The notes beneath the pieces were generated by a model. It was not told the DNA's origin. It searched no databases and was given only the letters and a program-made list of their open reading frames with translations. This document shows positions 53,962 through 63,778 of a DNA stretch of 64,000 bases, one piece after another. Within the stretch, counting starts at the first letter, position 1. Every line of letters begins with the position of its first letter. Origin of the DNA: Methanobacteriota archaeon (GTDB lineage: Bacteria > Myxococcota > UBA727 > JABDBI01). Location: positions 9,078-73,077 of the forward strand of contig JABDBI010000006.1 in the NCBI GenBank assembly GCA_013288705.1, read 5' to 3'. The translations under genes and the position numbers were made by a program.

Positions 53962-54570
53962 ATGCACATGAAAGTACAGTTTTTCGTGGTGGCATTAGCC
54001 TTCATTCACGCTACCGATGTCTTCGCCGGCACTGGGCCACACGCACCGCATATAGCACCGCCCATTCTGCGCCCGCATCCTGTGCCACCTCATGTGGACT
54101 CTCCTTGCCCGGTGTCGTCCGAACACCACGAAACTTGCAGCCATGCGCTCGTCGGTTGGATTTTTTCTGCGGCACTTGGAGTTGATCAAGCTCTTCGGGA
54201 TCAGTTCGCCAATCAGATTGAGCAAATAGCTCGGGATCGCAAAAATAACGTCGCAATCAATATTCAATTTGAGAACGCGCTGCGTGATGATCATTACCTG
54301 TTCTTGGTGTCGGAAAATCTCAGCAAAGACTACGATAACGGAAAGGGTAGTCGATGCTCGCTGCATGGTGGCGACGTTTTACAAAGAAAGACCACGATGG
54401 GAGACAATGGCGCTGTTTCACTGGGAGTCAGAGCGAGCCAATCAGGAAGTTGTTCGATAGGATCGGATATCTTGATGCAGGCGAATGATCTTGCTAATAT
54501 TTATAGTTCGTTTCAGGTGCTGATGGATATTGGAGCGAAACAACTGGCTGACCATAATCAGCCAGGTTGA
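53962..54570 (+). CDS. Hypothetical secreted protein
   Basis: Signal peptide MKVQFFVVALAFIHATDVFA; His/Pro-rich segment then globular part; no family recognised. Confidence 0.5.
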   Translation: MHMKVQFFVVALAFIHATDVFAGTGPHAPHIAPPILRPHPVPPHVDSPCPVSSEHHETCSHALVGWIFSAALGVDQALRDQFANQIEQIARDRKNNVAINIQFENALRDDHYLFLVSENLSKDYDNGKGSRCSLHGGDVLQRKTTMGDNGAVSLGVRASQSGSCSIGSDILMQANDLANIYSSFQVLMDIGAKQLADHNQPG

Positions 54571-54588
54571 TATCGCAAAGACAAGGCT

Positions 54589-54936
54589 TTATCGGTGTCC
54601 GCCGTGGCCACCGTGGTCATCGCGACCGTGGTCATCATGGCCATGATCATCGCGACCATGATCCCCACGTCCATCGTGGCGATCGCCGTCATGGCCATGG
54701 TCCCAGCCGTCACGTCCATGGTCCCATCCGGGGCGGCCATGGTCCCACCCACCTTCTCGACAGACACCAGCACCAGCTGGAAAATAGGCTGGTACGCACT
54801 CAAAACCAGGGTAACAGGGTCGCACTGGCGAGCACCATTCTCCCAAACCAGCATAGGCGTTTGCGGACATCGCTGTGGAAATCGCCACTCCAAATGTCAT
54901 TGCTGCAAAAAGAACTTTCTTTGTACCTGTACGCAT
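54589..54936 (-). CDS. Small secreted protein: Cys-containing module plus His/Asp/Gly-rich repeat tail
   Basis: Signal peptide VLFAAMTFGVAISTAMSANA; CSPVRPCYPGFECVPAYFPAGAGVC; tail GWDHGRPGWDHGRDGWDHGHDGDRHDGRGDHGRDDHGHDDHGRDDHGGHGGHR. Confidence 0.5.
   Translation of the reverse strand: MRTGTKKVLFAAMTFGVAISTAMSANAYAGLGEWCSPVRPCYPGFECVPAYFPAGAGVCREGGWDHGRPGWDHGRDGWDHGHDGDRHDGRGDHGRDDHGHDDHGRDDHGGHGGHR
54592..54753 (-). repeat. Coding low-complexity repeat (DHG[RH]D units)
   Basis: Repetitive gaccatg/gtcatc DNA giving long ORFs in four frames. Confidence 0.8.
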
Positions 54937-54999
54937 GTTTACTCCTTGTGGACATGTGCACAGCCATATGGCATGAAGTAGCGATATGCGAATCAGTCA

Positions 55000-56592
55000 T
55001 CAAGACGATGGAAAACGCGCTAGCATATTCAATGCCACTACTTCACCAACTTTAAGACCATCTATTCCCGCGGATAGAATGCCACCAGCATAACCTGCGC
55101 CCTCGCCGGCAGGGTACAGCCCTTTTGTATTCAGACTCTCAAATCCGTTGCCACGTTTGATGCGAATGGGTGATGAAGTGCGGGTTTCAACCCCCGTCAA
55201 AATCGCGTCGTTCATCGCATAGCCCTTGAGCTGCTGCTCGAAAGCAGGCAGCGCTTCGCGAATGGCGGCAATGACATAGTCCGGCAGACAACTGCTCAAG
55301 TCGCAGAGCCGCACGCCAGGCTTGTACGAAGGCTGAACGGATCCAAATGTAGTAGAGGGTCGATTGGCCAGAAAATCTCCAACCAGTTGCCCCGGGGCGT
55401 TGTAATTTCGCCCACCCAATTCGAATGCAAGTTTTTCCCAGTGACGCTGAAATGCAATCCCAGCGAGAGGGCCGCCGGGATAGTCATCTGGTGTAATGCC
55501 TACCACAATCCCGCTGTTGGCATTGCGCTCAACACGTGAGTACTGGCTCATACCATTTGTGACAACGTGCCCGACTTCGGAAGTTGCCGCAACCACAGTG
55601 CCGCCTGGACACATACAAAAGCTATAGACGGAGCGGCCATTTTTGCAGTGGTGGACCAACTTATAATCGGCTGCTCCAAGGATCGGATTGCCCGCGTTAA
55701 CGCCGAAGCGACACTTGTCGATCATCGATTGGGGATGCTCTATGCGAAAGCCAATCGAAAATGGCTTCGCTTCGATATAAACACCGAGGTCATAGAGCAT
55801 CTGAAAAGTATCGCGAGCGCTGTGACCAACCGCCAGCACCACATCCCTACTAGCAATTTGCTCTCCGCTAGCAAGGGTGACACCGACCACTTGGTGCTGC
55901 TCTATATTGAGTTTATCCACCTTGCTCTCGAAGCGAATTTCCCCGCCGAGCGACTGAATGGTGGCGCGCATTTTTTCTACCATCGAGACAAGTCTCAACG
56001 TACCTATATGCGGCTTGCTGACAAAGAGAATTTCGGCGGGTGCGCCGGCTTTCACAAATTCAGTGAGTATCTTGCGCCCACGGTTTTCAGGATCGCTGAC
56101 CTGGCTGTGCAATTTACCGTCGGAGAATGTACCGGCACCGCCTTCGCCGAACTGGACATTTGATTCGGGATTTAGCTTGCTTTGGCGCCATAAACCGAAC
56201 GTGTCTTTGGTGCGCTCGCGGACTGCCTTGCCACGCTCTAGAATAATGGGCCGAAATCCCATTTCTGCCAAAACTAGTCCGGCAAATAAGCCGCAAGGCC
56301 CCATGCCAATGACAATGGGGCGCTCGGTGAGATTTTTGGGAGCTTCTGCAACCAGGTGATAAGTGGTGTCCGGAGCTGGCGTCGTGTTGGCGACGCTCCG
56401 AGTGGTCATGACATCGAGGGTATAGATTAGAAAGATGGCATTCGGCTTGCGCGCATCATAGCCACGTTTAAATACCGAGTAGCTGACCAACTCATTTGCT
56501 TTGATGCCAAGCTTTTCTAGAATTGCCTGCGAGACTGCATCGTCAGCATGATTGAGAGGAAGCCTGATTTGCGTAAGCCTATATTTTTCCAT
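55000..56592 (-). CDS. FAD-dependent oxidoreductase (uncharacterised FAD-dependent dehydrogenase family)
   Basis: IVIGMGPCGLFAGLVLAEMG dinucleotide fold, ~530 aa, GEGAGYAGGI near the C-terminus. Confidence 0.75.
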   Translation of the reverse strand: MEKYRLTQIRLPLNHADDAVSQAILEKLGIKANELVSYSVFKRGYDARKPNAIFLIYTLDVMTTRSVANTTPAPDTTYHLVAEAPKNLTERPIVIGMGPCGLFAGLVLAEMGFRPIILERGKAVRERTKDTFGLWRQSKLNPESNVQFGEGGAGTFSDGKLHSQVSDPENRGRKILTEFVKAGAPAEILFVSKPHIGTLRLVSMVEKMRATIQSLGGEIRFESKVDKLNIEQHQVVGVTLASGEQIASRDVVLAVGHSARDTFQMLYDLGVYIEAKPFSIGFRIEHPQSMIDKCRFGVNAGNPILGAADYKLVHHCKNGRSVYSFCMCPGGTVVAATSEVGHVVTNGMSQYSRVERNANSGIVVGITPDDYPGGPLAGIAFQRHWEKLAFELGGRNYNAPGQLVGDFLANRPSTTFGSVQPSYKPGVRLCDLSSCLPDYVIAAIREALPAFEQQLKGYAMNDAILTGVETRTSSPIRIKRGNGFESLNTKGLYPAGEGAGYAGGILSAGIDGLKVGEVVALNMLARFPSS

Positions 56593-56601
56593 GTCCCCAA
56601 A

Positions 56602-57108
56602 TTACTTTTGGTAAGGCAATTCCCCAAGATAATCTTTCTTCCCGATAGAAACGCCGTTATGGCGCAAAATCTCATAGGCCACTGTGAAATGAAAGTAAAA
56701 ATTGGGGAGCGCATGCTGGAGCAGAAACTCTTCGCCTGACATGTGTTTTCCTTCCCATCTGGGTCGAGCAATCCGTCGCTCCTGCGCATTTGCAAAATCT
56801 GCCGCTGAAAACGTGCTCAAATAGGAAAGCACGGTTTCAATACGCTGCTTGAGCTCGGGCAGGGTTTGTTCGGTGTCCGGGTGTGAGGGGATTTCTTTAT
56901 TAGCCAATGCAGCTGCGCAGACCTTGGCAGTGTCGCATAGGACTTGCACTTGGCGAATCAAATTAAACTGGTCGGGGGCGAGACGCGATTGCAGGAGCAC
57001 GCCCACGTCGAATTTTCTGTCTTCGGCAGATTTTGCGCCTTTGTCCAAAATCGCTAACAGGTTTTTGAGCATTTTTGAAAACTGAAGAATTGCTGTTTGG
57101 TAGATCAT
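56602..57108 (-). CDS. DUF1993 family protein
   Basis: From ATG 57108: MIYQTAILQFSKMLKNLLAILDKGA.. and ~168 aa length typical of DUF1993. Confidence 0.6.
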   Translation of the reverse strand: MIYQTAILQFSKMLKNLLAILDKGAKSAEDRKFDVGVLLQSRLAPDQFNLIRQVQVLCDTAKVCAAALANKEIPSHPDTEQTLPELKQRIETVLSYLSTFSAADFANAQERRIARPRWEGKHMSGEEFLLQHALPNFYFHFTVAYEILRHNGVSIGKKDYLGELPYQK

Positions 57109-57179
57109 GCTCGTGCTTGTATACCAACGCAGATGCAAAGACCAGACCTTAGGACGCCCTTTCTCCCCAATCGGATACT

Positions 57180-58184
57180 TTAAAGAACGTAGTTGAACGT
57201 GAGCAGCAAATTGCTTTGAATCTGAAAATCAGAAATGATTTCCGGAGTCCGAATCGCTTTAAAATCCCAAGTCAACGACATCCATTTGAACAGCTTGAAA
57301 GAAAGATTGGCAAACGCCTCAGTGTTTAAGTGGTCAACGAAACTGCTTGAGCTTGGGTATGGCGCAAATCTAAAAAGCACATACATCGTATCGATGCCGG
57401 CCTTATAGCTAACGCGCTTATCATAGATCTCGCCCGAGAGGACTGTGCCAACCATGGGTCCAATCTCTTCAAAATTGTAGAGAGTCTTGATGCTGACTAC
57501 GTTATTACTGTTTCCTGTGACAACTTTTTGCCCGTTGGCAAAAGTCTCACGAAATGACGCTGCGACGTAGAGTTCCCAGGTATATGCAGTTTCGCGAAAG
57601 GGTTTAAAAAAGACGCCCAGATTTTCCTGGAGGTAAAGGGGCATAAATGGCGTCGTCAGACCGAAACTTGATGCGGTCACGGGCGCCAGTGCAGCCCCGC
57701 TTGCATCGGAGACCTGATAGGTGACAGGTGCAGCTCTTTGATCACTGCTCGCAAAAATAGAGGTGTCCAATTTTAATTGGCCAAATAGCCCATACCAGTT
57801 GGCAAGATAATAGTAGTAATCGCTCTCAAAATTGAGTTGGTCGGCGGACTTTATAAGCGCATCAATTAGCGGTGTTTGACTAAAGGTTTCGAGTAGACCA
57901 AGCGTTGTGATCCACTCATGAGGACCAATCACATAACCTACAGTGCCGACAATTTTTCCTCCCAAAGACAAGTAATGTCCGTCTGTCACACCCACAAATT
58001 TTCTATCGACGGTCCAATTCCCGGTGGCACTAATGTCCACTCCGAAACGCCACTTCTCCGGGCGAGTCTTGTAGTCGTCCGGGCTTGACGCGTGTGCACT
58101 AACCTTGAGTTTCTCTATCTCTTCGGCCAAAGAAAGATTCTGAAAACACATGCTCAGTAAAAATGGCATAAGAAGTTTTTTCAC
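57180..58184 (-). CDS. Putative outer-membrane beta-barrel protein
   Basis: GTG 58184 (aaagga upstream) gives signal peptide VKKLLMPFLLSMCFQNLSLA; alternating hydrophobic beta-strand pattern to the C-terminus. Confidence 0.4.
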   Translation of the reverse strand: MKKLLMPFLLSMCFQNLSLAEEIEKLKVSAHASSPDDYKTRPEKWRFGVDISATGNWTVDRKFVGVTDGHYLSLGGKIVGTVGYVIGPHEWITTLGLLETFSQTPLIDALIKSADQLNFESDYYYYLANWYGLFGQLKLDTSIFASSDQRAAPVTYQVSDASGAALAPVTASSFGLTTPFMPLYLQENLGVFFKPFRETAYTWELYVAASFRETFANGQKVVTGNSNNVVSIKTLYNFEEIGPMVGTVLSGEIYDKRVSYKAGIDTMYVLFRFAPYPSSSSFVDHLNTEAFANLSFKLFKWMSLTWDFKAIRTPEIISDFQIQSNLLLTFNYVL

Positions 58185-58194
58185 AAAAAGTCCT

Positions 58195-59148
58195 TTATTG
58201 CTTGATGTGCAGTACTGCTTTTCCGGCAACGCCTCGCTCTTCCAGCGCTTGTAGCGCCTTGCCCATATTCTCCCAAGGCTCTTCGAGGGCAATGGACGAT
58301 TTTAATTTCCCTTCGGCCACGAGATGGGTGAGTGTTTGCAAATCGTTGGTGCAGCTCTGAGAACGTTCAAGCTCATGAAAAAGCTCGAACGCATACAGTG
58401 TTGCTCCAAAGGTGCGCCCATAAAAATCACTGACGTTGAATGTGGTTTCTTTTTGGGAGGAGTTGCCAAAAGTAACAATTTTGCCGTCGTTGCGTATGGA
58501 TTTCAAAGCAGACACAAGGGTGTCACCCCCAACGGAATCAAGCGCGATATTATACGCATCTTTGCTCTCAAACTGCCCCGGCATCAGCACTCGGTGAGCA
58601 CCAAGTTCAGCAAGATCGTCACAGGATCGTGTCCCGCCAACAAGCGCTGAGACATTTGCACCAGCAAGTCGAGCGAGCTGGATCGCGAATCTGCCGACGC
58701 CGCCAGACGCGCCGGTGATGAGCACATCTTTGCCGATCAATAGCCCCGCACAACGCAATGCACAAAGCGCGGTGAGCCCCGCGACGGGCAGCGTTGCTGC
58801 GACAGCAAAGCCGCAAGTATCTGGCAGGGTGCCCAGGGTTTTGGTCGGGATGGCGACATACTGTGCCCAACCCTTATCATTTACCAATCCTACGACGCGT
58901 GTACCTGCAGGTGGTCCACTCCCATCTCGAGCAGCTTGTTTGACAACGCCAGCGACATCCCAACCTGGCCGCCAGCCGGCAGGTTTGCTTTTGAGCCGCC
59001 TAAGCTCTCCGCGGTTGAGAGAGATTGCATGGACTGCAACTACGGCTTCGTGCGAGTCAGGGTTTGGAACATCAATTTGTTGTAATGCAACATGACCCTG
59101 GGGATGACCGGTTGATACGAGTGCCAGCATCTTCTCCTCCGCGAGCAA
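58195..59148 (-). CDS. Zinc-type alcohol dehydrogenase / quinone oxidoreductase family (MDR) protein
   Basis: VLITGASGGVGRFAIQLA Rossmann motif, MDR-length 317 aa. Confidence 0.8.
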   Translation of the reverse strand: MLAEEKMLALVSTGHPQGHVALQQIDVPNPDSHEAVVAVHAISLNRGELRRLKSKPAGWRPGWDVAGVVKQAARDGSGPPAGTRVVGLVNDKGWAQYVAIPTKTLGTLPDTCGFAVAATLPVAGLTALCALRCAGLLIGKDVLITGASGGVGRFAIQLARLAGANVSALVGGTRSCDDLAELGAHRVLMPGQFESKDAYNIALDSVGGDTLVSALKSIRNDGKIVTFGNSSQKETTFNVSDFYGRTFGATLYAFELFHELERSQSCTNDLQTLTHLVAEGKLKSSIALEEPWENMGKALQALEERGVAGKAVLHIKQ

Positions 59149-59183
59149 GAGCTAACGTCGTCAAAGGCATTATGCAATGACCT

Positions 59184-59855
59184 TTACAGATTGCTCCCAG
59201 TGAGTGTCTCAAGGTCCGTCACCGCGAGCTTAATGCCTAACACGACGAGTAGCGCGCCGCAGGTACGCTCGATCCAATGTTTGGCGCCCAAAAACTGGCC
59301 TTGTATTGTGCCGTGTGTCAGAAATGTCGCGACGAGAGAAAACCATGCGAGTGTGCTCACCTGGATGAAAGCGCCATAAACCAGCTGCACATAAAAGGGC
59401 GTGGTCGGACTCACCAGCACGGTGAAAAAACTCAGGGTGAAAAACGCGGCCTTGGCATTGAGTGCGTTGGTGAGAAATCCCTTCCCGAAAGCACCCCAAG
59501 CGGTTGGCTCTCCAACTAAGCTATGCTGATCGGCGTTATCGGCAATAATCTGTGCGGCTTCTTGCGGCTTAGCGCGTAGCGATTGAATACCAATGTAAAC
59601 AAGATATGCGCCGCCCAAATATTTGAGCAATGTGAACAGCCAGAGAGACTCTGCAACGACAAGACCAATACCTAGGAGCGAGTAAGTCACGTGAATGAGT
59701 TCACCACAGCTGATGCCGAGAGCAACAAAAAGCGCGGTTCGACGAGAATAGCGCAGGCTGCTTTGGACCACCATCAAAAAATCAGGCCCTGGGCTGATCA
59801 GGGAAAGAACGTGGGCAACGGCAAATACCATAAATTCGGGTAGATATTGGGACAT
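59184..59855 (-). CDS. LysE/RhtB-family amino-acid exporter
   Basis: From ATG 59855: MSQYLPEFMVFAVAHVLSLISPGPDF.., six TM, ~223 aa. Confidence 0.8.
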   Translation of the reverse strand: MSQYLPEFMVFAVAHVLSLISPGPDFLMVVQSSLRYSRRTALFVALGISCGELIHVTYSLLGIGLVVAESLWLFTLLKYLGGAYLVYIGIQSLRAKPQEAAQIIADNADQHSLVGEPTAWGAFGKGFLTNALNAKAAFFTLSFFTVLVSPTTPFYVQLVYGAFIQVSTLAWFSLVATFLTHGTIQGQFLGAKHWIERTCGALLVVLGIKLAVTDLETLTGSNL

Positions 59856-59967
59856 AAATGCGCTCCGAAGCCATATTTTAGCTCCTGCAACGCTTTTGAC
59901 AAGTGCAAAAGACCAAAGATCGCTCATCAGCGATATCAATCTAAACATAACCACAAGAGGTAAAAAC

Positions 59968-60228
59968 ATGTCAAGAAATCGAAAACTTGCAGGTGCTAGT
60001 ATTCTCCTAATCATGGCCGCTTCATACGCTGCGTTAGCCGGTTGGGGGGACAATTTTCCCAACTTAAAGCGCGGTTATGACAATACAAGTGTCGCTATCA
60101 CCAATCTCACAAACGCGACACGCGGGGGCGCACATAAGATGGCAGCGATAAGCTTGCTTCAGCAGGCGCAGGCGGAAATCGGACAGGCGATAGGGGCTGC
60201 AGAGAGCAACACGGATGGAAATTTCTAA
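59968..60228 (+). CDS. Small hypothetical secreted protein
   Basis: ATG 59968: MSRNRKLAGASILLIMAASYAALA signal peptide. Confidence 0.4.
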   Translation: MSRNRKLAGASILLIMAASYAALAGWGDNFPNLKRGYDNTSVAITNLTNATRGGAHKMAAISLLQQAQAEIGQAIGAAESNTDGNF

Positions 60229-60230
60229 CA

Positions 60231-61265
60231 CTAGCCAATGAGATGTCCGATCGTGTAAGTGGCCGTGGCCGCGCAGGCACCAATGAGCAGCATGCGCAGG
60301 CCACCTTTAAGAGCGCTCTTGCCAATAAAGAGGCTCAACGTTGCACCAACTAAAAACAGCGCGATGCCCGTGAGCGCCCCGGCACTGATAAGCGCTGGCC
60401 TCCCACTGCTAAATATAAATGGCAGCAACGGCACAAGCGCCCCGCTGGCAAATGAGACGAAAGAAAAGAAAGCTGCTTGCGTGGGAGACCCCAGCTCCGA
60501 GGGATTAAGCCCCAGCTCTTCACGCGCAAGAGTATCGAGTGCCCTCTCTGGATCAGCGATTAACTTTGTAGCGAGCATTTGAGCTTCTTTGATTTCCAGT
60601 CCGCGTGCATGGTAAATCAGAGCGAGCTCTGCTGCTTCTTCCTCCGGGTAGAGCCTGAGCTCTTCTTTCTCGAGGCCAATCTGATACTCGAACATTTCTC
60701 GCTGCGAACGCACAGAAACATATTCACCTGAAGCCATCGAAAAGGCACCAGCAAGAAGTCCCGCTGTACCGGCGAGAAGTACGATATGACTTTCGGATGC
60801 TCCAGCAGATACAGCGCCCGCCATGCCGAAAATCAGCGAAGCGTTGGAAACGAGCCCGTCGTTTGCTCCGAAGACCGCCGCTCGCAAATTATTTCCTTGT
60901 CCAGAGGTGGTGTGTCTCTGACCAACCTCATCGATAGAGGTGGGAAGGGAGTGATGTGGCAATGCCCGGATATAGATGGACAGGCCACGGATCTTCATGG
61001 CCGCAAGCACCGCCTTAATTTGCTTGGGCTTTAGCCATCGAATAAGCAAAGCAACCACGCGTGTACGCATGTCGAGCGGGAGTGTTTTGGGAACCGTTTT
61101 GCCTTGCGCCCGAACTTTCTCTTCCCAGATAATCGCTTGTTTTTCTGCTTCTTCCGCGAGCCGCCCAAATAGCTCTTTTTCCCTCGGCGCGGGTTCTTTC
61201 TGTGCCAATGCACGGTAGAGATAAGCAGATGTTTTTTCAGCAAGCCAGCTTTTGTATTCTGTCAT
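60231..61265 (-). CDS. VIT1/CCC1-family iron/manganese transporter with N-terminal ferritin-like domain
   Basis: FGANDGLVSNASLIFG, SMASGEYVS, C-terminal TM bundle; ATGA overlap with the upstream TPR gene. Confidence 0.75.
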   Translation of the reverse strand: MTEYKSWLAEKTSAYLYRALAQKEPAPREKELFGRLAEEAEKQAIIWEEKVRAQGKTVPKTLPLDMRTRVVALLIRWLKPKQIKAVLAAMKIRGLSIYIRALPHHSLPTSIDEVGQRHTTSGQGNNLRAAVFGANDGLVSNASLIFGMAGAVSAGASESHIVLLAGTAGLLAGAFSMASGEYVSVRSQREMFEYQIGLEKEELRLYPEEEAAELALIYHARGLEIKEAQMLATKLIADPERALDTLAREELGLNPSELGSPTQAAFFSFVSFASGALVPLLPFIFSSGRPALISAGALTGIALFLVGATLSLFIGKSALKGGLRMLLIGACAATATYTIGHLIG

Positions 61266-62440
61266 TTGACCTGAGCCAATATCATATCTGCCTTATCAAC
61301 ATAGTGCTTATTTCCCTGCGCCAGTTCTCGACCCCTAAGTGCCCAATCTCGGGCTTTTTGCGAGTCTTGCAGGCTTACATACATCACCGCCATGTTGATC
61401 GTAGGCTCGATAGCGCCTGGTTGTATGGCAAGGGAATGGTTTAAAAATTCGCCAGCTTCGAGAGCACGTCTTTTGTTGATGAGCAGCAGGCCAAGGCCAT
61501 TGTAAGGTCTATAGTCTTGATCCTTGACGCGCGTGATCGCTTCTCGATAGTATTTTTCAGCACCGTCGAGGTTGCCGTTCACGTGATACAGCTCACCAAG
61601 ATCGTAGTACGCATCCCAAGCATTGGGATCGAGGCGAATCGACTCGAGAAATGCTTCTTCAGAACGTTTGACGTCTTTGTTAAGCATGGCATACACGCCG
61701 ACACGCAATAGAATGGGATAGGTCTTGTGTATTTTGGCCGCGTGCTCCATGGACGCAAGCGCCCCCTTAAAATCTTGTTTTTGCTCATACAGAAGTGCCA
61801 ACTGACTGTGGAAAAACTCAAGCTCGGGAAAAGCTTGCAAGCCGAGCTGATAGACGCGAATGGCCTCATCGATTTGTTTCACAGCCACGAAAAATTGCGC
61901 AAGTGTCACATAGGCATTTAAAAAGAAAGGGTTCACAGCGATTGATTCTGAGACCTCTAGCATGGCATTGCCCAGCTCACCTTTCATTGTGAGCACTTTG
62001 CTCAACTCGAAGTGCGCGACGTCGGATTTCGGATTGAGCTCCACCGATTTTCTGGCCTCAATCTCCGCTTTGCCGACATCTCCCATTGCGCGATAAACAA
62101 TTGACAGGTTGCAGTGCACATCGCTGTCTTTTTCCAGCTTGGTAGCTGCCCATTCCAACGCTTGCTTGGCGTTCGCAAATTGTAGATTTTCTAGAAACCA
62201 CACACCTTGTAGGGCCACCAAGCGAGGATTGTCTGGATCGATTTTACGTGCCTCCATGATGTGACCATGGGCTCTATCCATATCTCTGTCGAGCAAAGCA
62301 ACGCGAATCAACTCAAGCCTTGTGTCGAAATTGGCAGGGTCTAACGCAAGTGCTTGTTCAAAGAGGCCCCTGCCTTCCGCGAGCTTGCCATAGCGAATAA
62401 TATCTTTGCCCTGTGCTAATAACTCTGCTGCGTTGGCCAT
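61262..62440 (-). CDS. TPR-repeat protein
   Basis: ~10 consecutive 34-aa TPR-like units (e.g. AYYDLGELYHVNGNLDGAEKYYREAI). Confidence 0.8.
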   Translation of the reverse strand: MANAAELLAQGKDIIRYGKLAEGRGLFEQALALDPANFDTRLELIRVALLDRDMDRAHGHIMEARKIDPDNPRLVALQGVWFLENLQFANAKQALEWAATKLEKDSDVHCNLSIVYRAMGDVGKAEIEARKSVELNPKSDVAHFELSKVLTMKGELGNAMLEVSESIAVNPFFLNAYVTLAQFFVAVKQIDEAIRVYQLGLQAFPELEFFHSQLALLYEQKQDFKGALASMEHAAKIHKTYPILLRVGVYAMLNKDVKRSEEAFLESIRLDPNAWDAYYDLGELYHVNGNLDGAEKYYREAITRVKDQDYRPYNGLGLLLINKRRALEAGEFLNHSLAIQPGAIEPTINMAVMYVSLQDSQKARDWALRGRELAQGNKHYVDKADMILAQVK

Positions 62441-62461
62441 ATTCCTGCCCCCAGAGTATCA

Positions 62462-63778
62462 TCATAACAAAACTTTACCTGAGGCGGCAAGCAGTTCTCT
62501 GAGCTTCTCATAGTGGTTGGGCAAGGGTCTGCCTTGGCAAGCCTTATTGAGCGCCTCCTGAAGCCTTGCAGGAATGGCGACCTTCTCGCCAAGCAGGGGC
62601 TCAACCGTGTCTCCAAACTTGGCTGGATGCGCAGTTTCTAGAAAAATGCCGGGCGCTTGCCTCACTTGCTTCTGGTATGCGATGAGACCGAGATAGGCGA
62701 CCGCTCCATGAGGATCCGCAATGTAATCGTATTTCTCATGAATTTCGCGGATGGCGCTTTTGGTTTGCGCATCTGTAAAGCTGATGCCAAATATGTCATC
62801 GCGGATGTGCGCGAGATCTGAGCCATACAGGTCGAGTATGCGCGCAAAGTTACTTGGGTTCCCCACGTCCATGGCGTTGGAAAGCGTTTGTTTGGACGGG
62901 TGTGGTTGAAAATTCCCAGTCCGAAGATATGTGGGCACGCTATCGTTGATGTTTGTTGCAGCCACAAATCGCTCAACGGGCAGCCCCATTTTCTTGGCTA
63001 AAAGCCCGGCTGTTAGGTTTCCGAAATTTCCAGACGGAACAGAAAATACCACGGGCTGGCCAGAGGCTTTGAGCTGCGCATATGCATAAAAATAGTAAAA
63101 CGATTGTGGAATGAGGCGAGCAATGTTGATGGAGTTGGCGGAGCTCAACTGTGTTTTCTTTCGCAGTTCTTTGTCGTTAAAAGCCTGTTTTACGAGCGAT
63201 TGGCAGTCATCAAATGTTCCCTCCACTGCCAGTGCGGTGACGTTGTGCCCCATCGTAGTAAGCTGTTTTTCTTGAACCAGACTCACCTGTCCCTTCGGGT
63301 ATAGGATCCATACTTTGATTTTAGGCACGTCGAGAAATCCATGTGCCACAGCACTGCCAGTATCACCGGAAGTCGCGACGAGAATGTTGAGGCTGGCTTG
63401 TTGTTCGCGAATCAGATAGGCAGTGAGGCGCGCCATGAAGCGTGCGCCGAAGTCCTTGAAGGAAAGTGTGGGGCCGTGAAACAATTCGAGAGCAGAAATT
63501 TGTTCGGATAGTCGCACGAGTGGCGCATCAAACGTGATTGACTTCTCGACGATGTCTTTTAAGTCGCTCTCGGGGATGGCATTTTGGAGTAGGTGCTTGG
63601 CAACTTCGAAAGAGATCTCTGGAAGTGTCAGTGTTTCCAGTCGATTAAAAAACGTGGCCTCCATTTTGCCGATCTGTTCTGGCATGAAAAGACCGCCATC
63701 CGGAGCAAGCCCATCGAGAACAGCATCTCTGAGTGAAGTCTTTGCGTTGTGCGCGTTGGTGGAAAAAAAACGCATCAT
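62462..63778 (-). CDS. thrC: Threonine synthase
   Basis: LFHGPTLSFKDFGARF (PLP Lys), SGDTGSA, PSGNFGN; ATGA overlap with thrB. Confidence 0.9.
   Translation of the reverse strand: MMRFFSTNAHNAKTSLRDAVLDGLAPDGGLFMPEQIGKMEATFFNRLETLTLPEISFEVAKHLLQNAIPESDLKDIVEKSITFDAPLVRLSEQISALELFHGPTLSFKDFGARFMARLTAYLIREQQASLNILVATSGDTGSAVAHGFLDVPKIKVWILYPKGQVSLVQEKQLTTMGHNVTALAVEGTFDDCQSLVKQAFNDKELRKKTQLSSANSINIARLIPQSFYYFYAYAQLKASGQPVVFSVPSGNFGNLTAGLLAKKMGLPVERFVAATNINDSVPTYLRTGNFQPHPSKQTLSNAMDVGNPSNFARILDLYGSDLAHIRDDIFGISFTDAQTKSAIREIHEKYDYIADPHGAVAYLGLIAYQKQVRQAPGIFLETAHPAKFGDTVEPLLGEKVAIPARLQEALNKACQGRPLPNHYEKLRELLAASGKVLL

Noticed and set aside
54558-55055. Three alternative long ORFs over the His-rich repeat (54558-54893 minus, 54567-55055 plus, 54595-54981 plus)
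   Set aside because: They are repeat-generated. None has a signal peptide or non-repetitive domain. The 54589-54936 frame is preferred but not proven.
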